Made by a program: the position numbers and the translations under genes
DNA from: a virus
Lineage: Duplodnaviria > Caudoviricetes
Strand: one strand, 5' to 3'
DNA length: 61,627 nt
Virus record (IMG/VR): IMGVR_UViG_3300023109_000023
Span: 1 to 61,627 of that record
The notes under the pieces: generated by a model
The model's database searches: none
What the model saw: only the letters and a program-made list of their open reading frames with translations
What the model was told of the DNA's origin: nothing
Shown here: positions 26,469 through 36,132 of the stretch, piece after piece
Layout: each line of letters begins with the position of its first letter
How positions within the stretch are numbered: the stretch's first letter is position 1

Positions 26469-27455
26469 TTAAAAACCGTTTAAATCCATCAAGTCTTTCA
26501 TGGATAACCTGCCACCTTTAGCTTTGGCTGCCTCATGCATAGACTTTTGGCTCGACTGCGTTTCGACACCCATATCTTCGTAATCTTGTTTTGTGGCCCC
26601 AACTACAGAGGATACTCCGCTTTTATTACTTTTTAATTTACTCTCCATCTTTTCTCGGCTTGATTTGCCCTCTGCATAGTCCAATAATGCTAATGGGTTG
26701 GTTTTCACTCTTTCTGGGATATCTTTATTGGTTTCAAATATGTTTTTGAATATTTTTGTATAAATCAACAAGTGAAGCTGAAAATTAGTTAAATATACCA
26801 CAGGCTTACCGTAAAAATCATTTGAGGTTTCAGAAAAAGTATAGTAAGTTTTAAAAAAATCCTGAATAGCTAAATACTGTATTGACTCTTCAGAGAATCT
26901 TTCATTGAATTCATTGTATGCAGATATCATTGATTTTAATGTTTCATCATCTAAGAACTCAAATTCTTCTTCTGTATACAAGGGCTCTTTCTGCCCCACA
27001 TCTTTGTAAAAAGATTTAGTTATGTAATAATCATTAGCCCTATTAGTTGCGTATTTCTCTGCCGAGTTTGAAATGATAATTTCTTTCTTTGTCTGCAAGA
27101 CCTTAACATGGGCTTCCGCATCTTCTATTTGAGACTGCAATGTATCCTTCACCGACTTTAGGACCATTTCACTTTTAGTGGCTTTTAAATTCTTTATGAA
27201 ATGCTCTTTTTCCGCAATAACTTGATCGTCATTAGGATCCCATTCACCAGCTTCTATTTGTTCGTCTAATACATCTTTCTCTTCAGGCATACCTCTCTGA
27301 ATAGCATAATCTAGAAAGTTTTTATATACCAGGTCGTAATCTACAACATCAGATATTTTCTTGTGTTGTATGTATACTCTTTTGTGCTTAATGAATGCAC
27401 TTGAGCACCCATCAATTATTTCTACGAAATTTCTTCTGTATTCAGTCTGTTCCAC
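26469..27455 (-). CDS. Hypothetical protein, possible tail assembly chaperone
   Basis: 328 aa helical/coiled-coil ORF with GTG start; role from position only. Confidence 0.45.
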   Translation of the reverse strand: MEQTEYRRNFVEIIDGCSSAFIKHKRVYIQHKKISDVVDYDLVYKNFLDYAIQRGMPEEKDVLDEQIEAGEWDPNDDQVIAEKEHFIKNLKATKSEMVLKSVKDTLQSQIEDAEAHVKVLQTKKEIIISNSAEKYATNRANDYYITKSFYKDVGQKEPLYTEEEFEFLDDETLKSMISAYNEFNERFSEESIQYLAIQDFFKTYYTFSETSNDFYGKPVVYLTNFQLHLLIYTKIFKNIFETNKDIPERVKTNPLALLDYAEGKSSREKMESKLKSNKSGVSSVVGATKQDYEDMGVETQSSQKSMHEAAKAKGGRLSMKDLMDLNGF

Positions 27456-27463
27456 ATAGAGTC

Positions 27464-28225
27464 TTACACTGCTCCATCATCCATATCTTTCTCTAATTTC
27501 TTAAAATCTTCTTCGGTGGTGTTTTGACTGAAATACCAAAAACTAACAAAAGCCATAAGTTTTTCTTTTGCTAAATTATAAATAGCATCTCCATTCTCAT
27601 CTTTTTCATAATAAGAGTCGAGCTTATCATCGTAATCTTCACCCTGAAATAAAGGTCTATCAACACCATCGGGACCCTTACTAAAAGCTAGATTTACAAG
27701 GTACCATAAAATAGTTTTGTTCTGAGCTTTTGTGTCAGCGGTATGGTTGAATACTGCCTGGTAAGTTGTTTCAAGATCCACGATACTTCTTCTTACTGCA
27801 GAAAACTCTTCAGTAAGGCTCGCTACGGCATCTTGATCTTCTTTGCTTTTAGACTTTTTACTCATTAGCTTGGAAAGATTTGTTTGAATTTCCGCTAACT
27901 CAGAATAGCTTCTAACTAACTTTTGAGAATCTTCTTCGCTGAGTAGCCCCCCAGAGTCACTATATTTTTTAGCAAGCATAGCTTTGGTGAGGATACCCTT
28001 CTTAATGCACTTACTCATTTCTATGGAAAATTCCATGTCAGCATCTTCCACCTGCCTCCTGGAGGGCTGATAAATAGTCACATCATAAGATGTCGGCTTT
28101 TTCACTTTTTTTGTCTTAGTGATTTCCTCCATATCCCCAGTTTCTTTATTTTTAACTTTTGAAGTAGTACTTTCCTCTACTTCGCGCTCAACAGTAACCT
28201 TAAAGCTGTATATAACTTTTTTCAT
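27464..28225 (-). CDS. Hypothetical protein, possible tail assembly chaperone
   Basis: 253 aa coiled-coil ORF with architecture loosely like the downstream gene. Confidence 0.45.
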   Translation of the reverse strand: MKKVIYSFKVTVEREVEESTTSKVKNKETGDMEEITKTKKVKKPTSYDVTIYQPSRRQVEDADMEFSIEMSKCIKKGILTKAMLAKKYSDSGGLLSEEDSQKLVRSYSELAEIQTNLSKLMSKKSKSKEDQDAVASLTEEFSAVRRSIVDLETTYQAVFNHTADTKAQNKTILWYLVNLAFSKGPDGVDRPLFQGEDYDDKLDSYYEKDENGDAIYNLAKEKLMAFVSFWYFSQNTTEEDFKKLEKDMDDGAV

Positions 28226-28249
28226 TTATTATTCCTTGTACCTTGTGAT

Positions 28250-28540
28250 TTAATTATTAAATTTAAAACTTATCGTGAAGTGCTCTATATTATTATCATA
28301 ATCTCTCATAACTTCGTTTCCCATATCTAAGATTTTCTTTCTTAAATATTTGAGTTTACTCTCATCAAAATAATCAGCTTGCTGAATAATTGGCCCCAGC
28401 GCAGTTGGCATATTTGACTTAAGTTTACCGAAATGTATCTGGTGTTCTTGATGTAGATCTTCTACTAAAACAAGATAAGACTTAAACAAGTTCTTAATAT
28501 TTTTCTTGTTTTTCTCTAATAATATTTTTTCCGCTTCCAT
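28250..28540 (-). CDS. Hypothetical protein (96 aa)
   Basis: Start reassigned to MEAEKILL at 28540, preceded by AAGGAAAAGG; avoids overlap with the divergent gene at 28617. Confidence 0.6.
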   Translation of the reverse strand: MEAEKILLEKNKKNIKNLFKSYLVLVEDLHQEHQIHFGKLKSNMPTALGPIIQQADYFDESKLKYLRKKILDMGNEVMRDYDNNIEHFTISFKFNN

Positions 28541-28616
28541 GTTGCACCTTTTTCCTTGATATATTATATTAAAAGAATTACCTGTTTTTTTCAACTCGTG
28601 TGTAATAATATTTGTT

Positions 28617-29063
28617 ATGTCATATTTATCCTCCTCACAAAAGCAACTTTTTGAAAATGCTATGCAAAAAGTGCATGACACATTTGCTCGTTCAATTTTT
28701 GTCTACAAAGAATCTCTGAAAGTTATAGTTAGCACTGACCCCAACTTTAATTATTTATATAATAATGTCAAAGGGGTTAGTCAAACTGTTCGCAAATCTC
28801 AATTCAGTGTTATCACCGCTAGAATTCATTACATGAATAAACAAGACGAGATAAGCTTTGACGGAGAAGCTAATTCTCAATTAAACTTAACTCAAAATGT
28901 TGGAGAAGTTAGAATAAAAGTTGACACAGAAGGTTATAAATATTTTAAAGACGCAGAAAGAGTAGAGATAGATGGAAGAATGTTTTTTAAAGTTTCAGAC
29001 GTAAGGAAACATGGTTTATTTTCCCCTAAATATTATACATTTTATTTACAGCCAAGTGATTAA
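28617..29063 (+). CDS. Putative head-closure/head-tail joining protein
   Basis: 148 aa beta-rich; first of a three-gene plus-strand neck-like cluster. Confidence 0.45.
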   Translation: MSYLSSSQKQLFENAMQKVHDTFARSIFVYKESLKVIVSTDPNFNYLYNNVKGVSQTVRKSQFSVITARIHYMNKQDEISFDGEANSQLNLTQNVGEVRIKVDTEGYKYFKDAERVEIDGRMFFKVSDVRKHGLFSPKYYTFYLQPSD

Positions 29064-29700
29064 TCCAAGAATAACACTACGCGTAAATCCTGCAGGTCTT
29101 AGGAAGGATATACTATCCAGCTTACCTAGGATGAATAACCATAAGGTGCTGGAGAGAAACCTAAGAGACTCTTCGGGGCAATTAATTTACAAAAAAATAT
29201 CAAGATATAAAAACGAAATGATTAAGGAGTTTCTTCAACACCCTGTTACAAAAGAGATTCTTGCTGGGGCTTCCTCTGGCAATCAGAGTGGTACATTAAG
29301 CGGCTATGGAAACCTTTTTACTTTTATTGGTTTCAATAAAGGAGACAACCCCATACAGCCAATTATACAATTATTAAATCAAACTAATTATCATTTTACT
29401 AAATTCGACAACAAGGGAAGCTTTACTGTTAATATAGAGATACCTAGTGCCGACCAAATATTTAGAGCAACACCCTTGCCTTGGGCCCCTGGAATGAGTT
29501 GGGCTCAAAGAATAGAAGTAGGCATGCCTGGATTTGGTCAATACATGAATAAAACTAGTAACACAAGTCGGTCTGGTTTAGGTATACAGACAAAAAACCC
29601 TATTAGACCTGGTGGATTTAAAAATACAAGATATATATCTGATTTTATAAATAGGTGGACGAAAAAATTTAAAACAATAGGAAGTGTAACTACGCTATAA
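29056..29700 (+). CDS. Putative neck/tail-completion protein
   Basis: Basic protein; probable GTG start at 29056 overlapping the upstream gene end; position in cluster. Confidence 0.45.
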   Translation: MINPRITLRVNPAGLRKDILSSLPRMNNHKVLERNLRDSSGQLIYKKISRYKNEMIKEFLQHPVTKEILAGASSGNQSGTLSGYGNLFTFIGFNKGDNPIQPIIQLLNQTNYHFTKFDNKGSFTVNIEIPSADQIFRATPLPWAPGMSWAQRIEVGMPGFGQYMNKTSNTSRSGLGIQTKNPIRPGGFKNTRYISDFINRWTKKFKTIGSVTTL

Positions 29701-30605
29701 TGAAACCTCAATTCCAACACGAAGCAACCACGAGCTTTTCCTTATGGCTGGACAATTATTTTGTCAAAAAAGGTGAAGCTTTTTCTAATAAAACTGGAGA
29801 GCTATTCTATAAAGAAGATTTTAGAATACCTAGCTACCCTGACGATCCAGCAGGCTACATAACCTATTCAAGTGAATACAAGCAATGGGTATACAATGCA
29901 GACATGACAGACGCAGCTATTCCTGATGGAGTTTATGTAGATAGTGGCGATGGATATAAGTTTGTTAATAGAGGTGAAAATGGATTAGTTATAGATTTTG
30001 ACAATGGTAGAGTTTTATTAAGTGGTGCATACTATGCAGGGGTTCATGATCAATTAAAAATAGAAGCAGATTTTGCGGTTAAAGATTATAATGTATATTT
30101 AGCTAGTGAAACAGAGGAAACACTAATATTAGAAAATAAATACAATACAAATAGTAGGACTATACCAGACTATGGTAAAGGTATAGGTATACCTCCTTAC
30201 GAGCCAGTTGCCCCAGCTGCTTTCATTTCTATGGAGAGTACGAACAATACTCCTTTTGCTTTGGGAGGAGAGGATTTAACAACACTTTACTTCAGGGTAG
30301 TTTTGTTTGCTGAAAATTTATACCAACTCGACGGAGCCATGTCCCTGTGTGCCGATGCGTATAATCTCGGTGTCTGCAATATAGGTTACGATGATTACCC
30401 CTTAACGGAATATGGAGATGTCAAGGATGGCAATTTTTCTTACTCCGATACAGTTAAGAATTCTACAAAAGTCCCCAAAATAATGTTTATTGAAAATGTA
30501 AATTCTTCAAAGATAAGCGATAGGGTTACGAATAAATCAAACCCTGGACTGCACTTGGGTTATGTAGATTTTACTGTTGCTCAGTCTAGGTTCCCTAGGC
30601 ATTAA
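29700..30605 (+). CDS. Putative tail terminator/neck protein
   Basis: 301 aa; C-terminal PAAFISME...FALGG...FRVVLFAEN pattern; position. Confidence 0.45.
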   Translation: MKPQFQHEATTSFSLWLDNYFVKKGEAFSNKTGELFYKEDFRIPSYPDDPAGYITYSSEYKQWVYNADMTDAAIPDGVYVDSGDGYKFVNRGENGLVIDFDNGRVLLSGAYYAGVHDQLKIEADFAVKDYNVYLASETEETLILENKYNTNSRTIPDYGKGIGIPPYEPVAPAAFISMESTNNTPFALGGEDLTTLYFRVVLFAENLYQLDGAMSLCADAYNLGVCNIGYDDYPLTEYGDVKDGNFSYSDTVKNSTKVPKIMFIENVNSSKISDRVTNKSNPGLHLGYVDFTVAQSRFPRH

Positions 30606-32239
30606 GGAGCAGACCAAGCTGTATAGTTATCGTAATAGGCATCTAATTCGTGTAGAATTCCGTTAGATATTGCTGCTGCGTTTCTAACATCTACATTTTG
30701 TATAACCGCTGGGCTATAAAAAGTGGTACCTGGCCACCTATTCGTTTCCTGACCTCCGTCCTCTTTTCTTAAAGTTGTACTTGTAGCTATTGTGCAAAAA
30801 CCTTCAGCATATATTGAAAAATCGATGCCCAATGTTACGCCAAGAGCTCTAGTAACCAAAGCGTTCTGCTGAAATGTTGAGTTCCTTTTTAAAGCCACGA
30901 AATTACTTATATTATTAACATTAGACGAAAAACAAATTCTTGATGGTAGCTCTGTATTAGGATTGAATAAACCACCTTGGTATTCTATGGTTAAAATTTT
31001 TGAAGAGTCTTCTGCTAGAAACAAATTACCTACATAACTTAAGTCATCTAGATCCAATTCTAAACCTGACACAAAGCCACCTTTATTTGCAGGATCCCTT
31101 AGGTCGTCTGTAGGTGATCCGTCATTTATGTTTTGTATGTGCAATCTACTGCCATCTCTAACATCGAAAATTTGAGCTAAGCCATGCCTAGTTCCATCAC
31201 TAGTATTGTAATCCCTAATAGACCACTTGCATTGAGCAAAATAACCATCCGTTCCTTTGGTTTGTCTGTAAGCTGCAAAGACACCAAAAGTGTATGTTTC
31301 CAATACAAAATGTATACCTCTCCAATATGTATTGGTTGTAATCCAAAAAGGTAAAGTTGTAAATTGGTATAAATCTACTCCTGCTGGCAAAGTAGACATA
31401 ACTGCACCAGTTTTGCCTTGATAGACTCCTGCTTTTTGCTGGGGCACGCCATTCCACTCTGCAGATAACGCTGGATCAGATGCTAAAGTATACCCAACAC
31501 CTAGTCTTAATTTAATAACTTTTAGTGAAGACTCATTGTATTCAGAGCCATAAACATTTATTTTGTTTATAGGTAAACTCAACATATAACCATTACCATA
31601 AATAAATCCTTCGTCCGTATCAGTTTCAATAAAAATATTTATTGTAATAGAGGTGGATACAATCTCGTCATTTATATATTGGTATGCACCCCTTAAGTTA
31701 AGAAATCTCTGCGATACGGATCCATCAGAACCAACCGCAAAACCCGACTTATTGTTTAAGTAGTCTGCCCCTGTGTTATTTACATATAAAGTTAATACCT
31801 TAGATGATGCACTCTTTGCGAACGACAACTTTTTCTTTTTATATTTTACGAGCGGATTTAAGGTGCCTGGAGGGCTCTCACAGAGAATTTCTGTATACGA
31901 TGCATCATAACAGGTGCTAACGACCTCTAGGCCACTCCCTGGGTCCACAAGACTATCTAGGTTGGCAGATGTAATTGGTGTTGCGTCTACAATTACTTCC
32001 TGACCATTAACAATTTCAACTTCTGAAGCGGTATTGTTGCCTAGCGGGTTGTTAGGGTCAGCTTGCTCGTTGGCTTTTTCTTTATTATATTCACCAACGA
32101 GGTCGCTAACCTTTATCCTGAAGGTTTCTTCAACGGCGGAACCGTCAGGATTAGATGCAGCCATAAAGTAATCACTTGTCTTTACAGAAGGGTCTTTTTG
32201 AAACTCCCTAAGTTCTCTGATTAATTTATAACTACTCAT
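30602..32239 (-). CDS. Virion fiber/spike-like protein
   Basis: 545 aa; N-terminal KLIREL...DYFMAA...ETFRIKVSDL module shared with other fibers; beta-rich C-terminus. Confidence 0.55.
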   Translation of the reverse strand: MSSYKLIRELREFQKDPSVKTSDYFMAASNPDGSAVEETFRIKVSDLVGEYNKEKANEQADPNNPLGNNTASEVEIVNGQEVIVDATPITSANLDSLVDPGSGLEVVSTCYDASYTEILCESPPGTLNPLVKYKKKKLSFAKSASSKVLTLYVNNTGADYLNNKSGFAVGSDGSVSQRFLNLRGAYQYINDEIVSTSITINIFIETDTDEGFIYGNGYMLSLPINKINVYGSEYNESSLKVIKLRLGVGYTLASDPALSAEWNGVPQQKAGVYQGKTGAVMSTLPAGVDLYQFTTLPFWITTNTYWRGIHFVLETYTFGVFAAYRQTKGTDGYFAQCKWSIRDYNTSDGTRHGLAQIFDVRDGSRLHIQNINDGSPTDDLRDPANKGGFVSGLELDLDDLSYVGNLFLAEDSSKILTIEYQGGLFNPNTELPSRICFSSNVNNISNFVALKRNSTFQQNALVTRALGVTLGIDFSIYAEGFCTIATSTTLRKEDGGQETNRWPGTTFYSPAVIQNVDVRNAAAISNGILHELDAYYDNYTAWSAP

Positions 32240-32243
32240 CTAA

Positions 32244-32609
32244 TTAACCATTCATAATCTCTATGAATTTTTTTGCAGCATCACTGTTTGGAGAAAGAAT
32301 TGATTCACTCTTTCTCGGGGTGGGAGTTCTCCCGTTAGCTGCTACGAACTGTTTGAAAGCTTTCTTTATTTTATTTTTAAGAGAGAGCTTTGTCCCAGAA
32401 GGGAAGATACTGGCAGTTACAGCCATTGCTTGTAATTCAGATAAACTAGAGGATTCTAATTTCTTATCAAGTTCATCAGCACTAGATGTGCCGAAATGAT
32501 TTTTTTGCTTAAAACCCAAAAGATCGTTGATATCTGGTTGCTTAGTATCTTTTGCTTTTCCGTCTGAGAATTCTATTTGATTCTTTGTTTGTTTCCTTTT
32601 CCTTGGCAT
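32244..32609 (-). CDS. Hypothetical basic protein
   Basis: 121 aa; AGGAGG ribosome-binding site upstream. Confidence 0.65.
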   Translation of the reverse strand: MPRKRKQTKNQIEFSDGKAKDTKQPDINDLLGFKQKNHFGTSSADELDKKLESSSLSELQAMAVTASIFPSGTKLSLKNKIKKAFKQFVAANGRTPTPRKSESILSPNSDAAKKFIEIMNG

Positions 32610-32668
32610 AATAACCTCCTTTTTCTAGATTTGAAAGAATATACACTATTATAGTAATATTCAGAAAC

Positions 32669-32697
32669 AAAAAATCCACCCGAAGGTGGACTTTTTG
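32669..32697 (-). terminator. Rho-independent terminator after the major capsid gene
   Basis: Minus strand TCCACC-TTCG-GGTGGA followed by a T run; A/T runs on both sides. Confidence 0.85.
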
Positions 32698-32720
32698 AAG
32701 AGTCGCTTTGTATCTTAGTA

Positions 32721-33824
32721 TTACAGATCAAGGACGATTCCAGTCAAGACCCTATTATCAAGGATCATACGACCTTCTTCCATAGAACCGTAGTAACCGA
32801 TCTTGGACTGACGAACACTGTATTGGTCGTCTGCAAGCAAGGACATTTCTGAACCAGACTCAGCGTCAAGAGCAATAGCACGGAATAAAGATTCACGGCT
32901 ACGATCAAGACCAAGTACCAATTCATCAGAAGATCCGAATGTGAAACCATGGTTAGTGTTAATCTTTCCACCCGCTGTTTCAAGAGCTGCAAAAGCTGAA
33001 TTCAACTTTTGACCAGCACCGAGCTCGTTGATTTCCATAATGGAAATACCATAGAACTCAGGAATTCCTGCATTACTGTAGATAGCATTACGCATATCAT
33101 CTGTAGCAGCGATGTCGGTTTTTGCACCAGAATGAACGGGCTGATAAGCGAGGGCACGAAGACCTTCTACCATTTCAGGGCTCATAATAAGATCAGTCAC
33201 ACCTTTGATTCGGCCACCCTCAGGAGAGGAACCAGTCCAAGCTGTGTTGATTCTTTTGGCTTTAGTAAGTAACTTATTGAAATCGTCAAGATTCAATGAT
33301 GTACCAGCAGCTTTAACAAGGTGGTCATCACCATTTGTTGCAGCATCATAAAGAGCTCCAAGAATCAAAGAAGAGGAAGTACTTTCCATCTTCAAGAGAA
33401 CTTCTTGAGCGATACGTGTAAATGTTTTTCCAACTACGTCCATACGAGATTTAGCAGCATAACGTTTATCAAAGTCAACAGAACTGTCGAGGCGATAAGT
33501 GTTAAACTTCATTTCGGAAACAGTAGGAGTAACAGTATTGGTTGGTAAACCACCAGGTACTGTAGTACTGTAAACTGTTACGTAGTCAGGAGCTGAAACA
33601 TCATAGTAAAGGTCAAGCGGAATACTTGGGCTATCCATTTCGTTGAACTGGAAGCTAGTGAACAAGTTACTAAGAACTGGTGCTTGATTAATGACTTTGA
33701 CAAGAACTGGTCCGATGAATTCTGCTAATGCCATTTGTGCTTCGTACGCAACATCTCTGTTGCGGGATGCCATAGCTTTAACAAGTTCAACTTGTTCTTC
33801 TGTGCGCTTAAGTGTAATTTTCAT
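32721..33824 (-). CDS. Major capsid protein (HK97 fold, predicted)
   Basis: 367 aa; follows portal, protease and decoration genes; strongly biased codons; dedicated terminator; DLIMSPE and PEFYGISI motifs. Confidence 0.8.
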   Translation of the reverse strand: MKITLKRTEEQVELVKAMASRNRDVAYEAQMALAEFIGPVLVKVINQAPVLSNLFTSFQFNEMDSPSIPLDLYYDVSAPDYVTVYSTTVPGGLPTNTVTPTVSEMKFNTYRLDSSVDFDKRYAAKSRMDVVGKTFTRIAQEVLLKMESTSSSLILGALYDAATNGDDHLVKAAGTSLNLDDFNKLLTKAKRINTAWTGSSPEGGRIKGVTDLIMSPEMVEGLRALAYQPVHSGAKTDIAATDDMRNAIYSNAGIPEFYGISIMEINELGAGQKLNSAFAALETAGGKINTNHGFTFGSSDELVLGLDRSRESLFRAIALDAESGSEMSLLADDQYSVRQSKIGYYGSMEEGRMILDNRVLTGIVLDL

Positions 33825-33851
33825 TGTAATATATTATGTCCTCTCTATGAA

Positions 33852-34517
33852 TTAAAGTTCCAACTTGATAACATAATAAGAACCATTACCAGTGGAGGGA
33901 GCTCCAGCGAAGTAATCGTCTTTACCATACGCTTCACGATCACCAACAGCAAGACACTTGCCGATACGGTTGGTACCTGTTCCGTCGAGTTGTCCGTTAG
34001 CTCCAGCGAAGACATCTCCACCTGCTGCAGGAGCAGTCGCTGTATCAACGAATGCGGAAGCAGCCAATGTGATAAGTCCTCGTGTAAGAACGGGTACAAC
34101 TTCACCTGGAAGGACAGCTTGCATTTCAAGTGCTTTCTGGCGATAGTAGAGAAGTTTTTCTCCATTTTCGTCGTGGGTTAAAGTCTGATTGAGAGTTACC
34201 CCCAAAATATTAGCTTCGTCTCCTGCAGGCTCAATTGTGAGTTGAGCGAAGGGATATGCGTTGCCTCCAATGTGGGGGTAGTCTGTTTTGCCGAGATAGC
34301 TGTTGTCAACATACTTGACTGGTTCCCATGGCTGGCCATTGGATCCTGTCAAGGAAGCGTTCTTAACTTTAACTAAAACTCCGTTATCGTTTACGCTGTT
34401 AGCTCCGTTAAGAACTTGGTCAGCGCTGATCGCGTCTGTAATAGTTTTGTCAAGTGCATAGAGGTTGACAACATCATGCTCGTTGTATTGCCTGAACGGT
34501 AATAATCTTAGTGCCAT
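33852..34517 (-). CDS. Capsid decoration/cement protein (putative)
   Basis: 221 aa immediately upstream of the MCP; LGVTL...VPVLTRG...G.L...IGK pattern. Confidence 0.6.
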   Translation of the reverse strand: MALRLLPFRQYNEHDVVNLYALDKTITDAISADQVLNGANSVNDNGVLVKVKNASLTGSNGQPWEPVKYVDNSYLGKTDYPHIGGNAYPFAQLTIEPAGDEANILGVTLNQTLTHDENGEKLLYYRQKALEMQAVLPGEVVPVLTRGLITLAASAFVDTATAPAAGGDVFAGANGQLDGTGTNRIGKCLAVGDREAYGKDDYFAGAPSTGNGSYYVIKLEL

Positions 34518-34533
34518 TTTTGTTTCCTCGTGT

Positions 34534-36108
34534 TTAGTATTGAATTGTTATGCTATCTTCTGAGAAAGCTTGTAGAAATTTTTCTCGAAGCGATTTTTCT
34601 TCTTCAGTGCTGGAACCGTTGTTGTTAGCTAATGCTTCGTCTTCGACTTCTGCATTATCAATAGCTTCTTCAACGATTTCTTCTTCGGAAGGTGTTTTTT
34701 CGGATGCTTGGCTTTGCAAAGATGCTAAGCGTTCTTGCACTCCAGCTTCGATTTTGTCCTGAAGAGCTTTTTCAGTCTCTTCAAGGTGGGCTTTATTTTT
34801 ATGTTTCCATAAAACAGACATCTTTTCTTTAAAAGATGCATAAGCCTCTTCGGAATCTAAAGATTTAATTTCATCAGCAAGTAAAGTACGATCTTCGTCT
34901 GCAAGAGCAAAAATCTCGTCAAGCTCGTTCATGCGATCATTAAATAGATCGACGGCTTTCTTAGCTTCAACTTCCGACTTGATTGTACCGAGTTCTTCTG
35001 ATGTTTCTTGAAGTTGCTGCTTGATAGTCTCTAATTCCTGAGCTGTGGATTCAGCAACTTTTTCAAGTTCTTCCTTTTGTCCTAAGAGCTGGTCTTTTTC
35101 TGAATGCCATTTTTCACTACGCTCGATAATAGCATCATGAAAAATTTTAGTCATGTTAGCAACAGCCTCTTCAGACAACTTCTTGGAAGATTTACTCTCC
35201 TCAAGAACATTTTTGAATTGGTCTAGAATTTCTTGTTCCATAATTTGTTTGTTGTGAATGTTATAAGATTGTACATTCCCTTTTTCTGTTTGGGAAATTT
35301 TTTGTTCAGTTTTTATTTCTATTTTCTTAAACTGAAAATCATCTTCTGAGGCAATTAAATCCTCAGGTATATCGTCGTGAGCCATAGTGATACCCTCTAC
35401 TGATGCAGCGGGATTGGCAGTAAAGCCTATTCCTAGAGGATAAATATCTCCTTTAATTAATCGGTAAACATTTTCTCCTTCTTCAGTTTTACCTGAACCG
35501 CCGTAGCATTTAAGGCATTTTGTGAGTTCTTCTTTTTCTTCTGAACTTGTGACTATTTTAGCTTCAGATAAATTTTCACTACCCACTGCGATGTCATATT
35601 CATTGAACCCAAGCTCCCAGCTAGCGGAAACTTTATGGTGAAACTCACTAGATTCATCGGTTGATTTTTCTATCAAATTTGCAAAATCGGGGTTAACTGA
35701 TTTATATACAACAGCTGACAGTGCAATATTAAAAGGTTGATTAGACGCAAGGAGTTCTGATGACTCTGTAATCTTACTACTCTCATAGGAAGAAAGAGAT
35801 GATCCAACTATATGACCAACAACTTTATCTCTTTGGTGCTCTATATTTGTAGGCTTATGCATGAAGTGATCCTTAATTGCAACCGCCGTTAGCCCATTTA
35901 TGCCGTCTCCATTTTTATTAAATAGGTTAGCTACTGCAGCATTAAAAGCGACTCCGATTATATCTATATTTTTCTTAAAGTCTATGTCTTGAGGTATCAG
36001 ACTTTTCAGATCTTCTAAATTCGAAGCGCTTGAAATAAAATCTTCTCCTACTTCTTGTGTCGAAATTTCACTAGCAAAAGACGCAATATACTTGAATGGT
36101 AAATTCAT
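34534..36108 (-). CDS. Prohead protease with C-terminal scaffold
   Basis: NKNGD, PTNIEH, VSASWE, IGFTANPAA motifs; acidic coiled-coil C-terminal half; between portal and capsid genes. Confidence 0.75.
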   Translation of the reverse strand: MNLPFKYIASFASEISTQEVGEDFISSASNLEDLKSLIPQDIDFKKNIDIIGVAFNAAVANLFNKNGDGINGLTAVAIKDHFMHKPTNIEHQRDKVVGHIVGSSLSSYESSKITESSELLASNQPFNIALSAVVYKSVNPDFANLIEKSTDESSEFHHKVSASWELGFNEYDIAVGSENLSEAKIVTSSEEKEELTKCLKCYGGSGKTEEGENVYRLIKGDIYPLGIGFTANPAASVEGITMAHDDIPEDLIASEDDFQFKKIEIKTEQKISQTEKGNVQSYNIHNKQIMEQEILDQFKNVLEESKSSKKLSEEAVANMTKIFHDAIIERSEKWHSEKDQLLGQKEELEKVAESTAQELETIKQQLQETSEELGTIKSEVEAKKAVDLFNDRMNELDEIFALADEDRTLLADEIKSLDSEEAYASFKEKMSVLWKHKNKAHLEETEKALQDKIEAGVQERLASLQSQASEKTPSEEEIVEEAIDNAEVEDEALANNNGSSTEEEKSLREKFLQAFSEDSITIQY

Positions 36109-36132
36109 ACTTTAAGTAGATACACCTTTTTT

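Noticed and set aside
26469-28225. Tail-chaperone programmed frameshift pair
   Set aside because: No convincing slippery heptamer seen at the junction, and the second gene has its own start.
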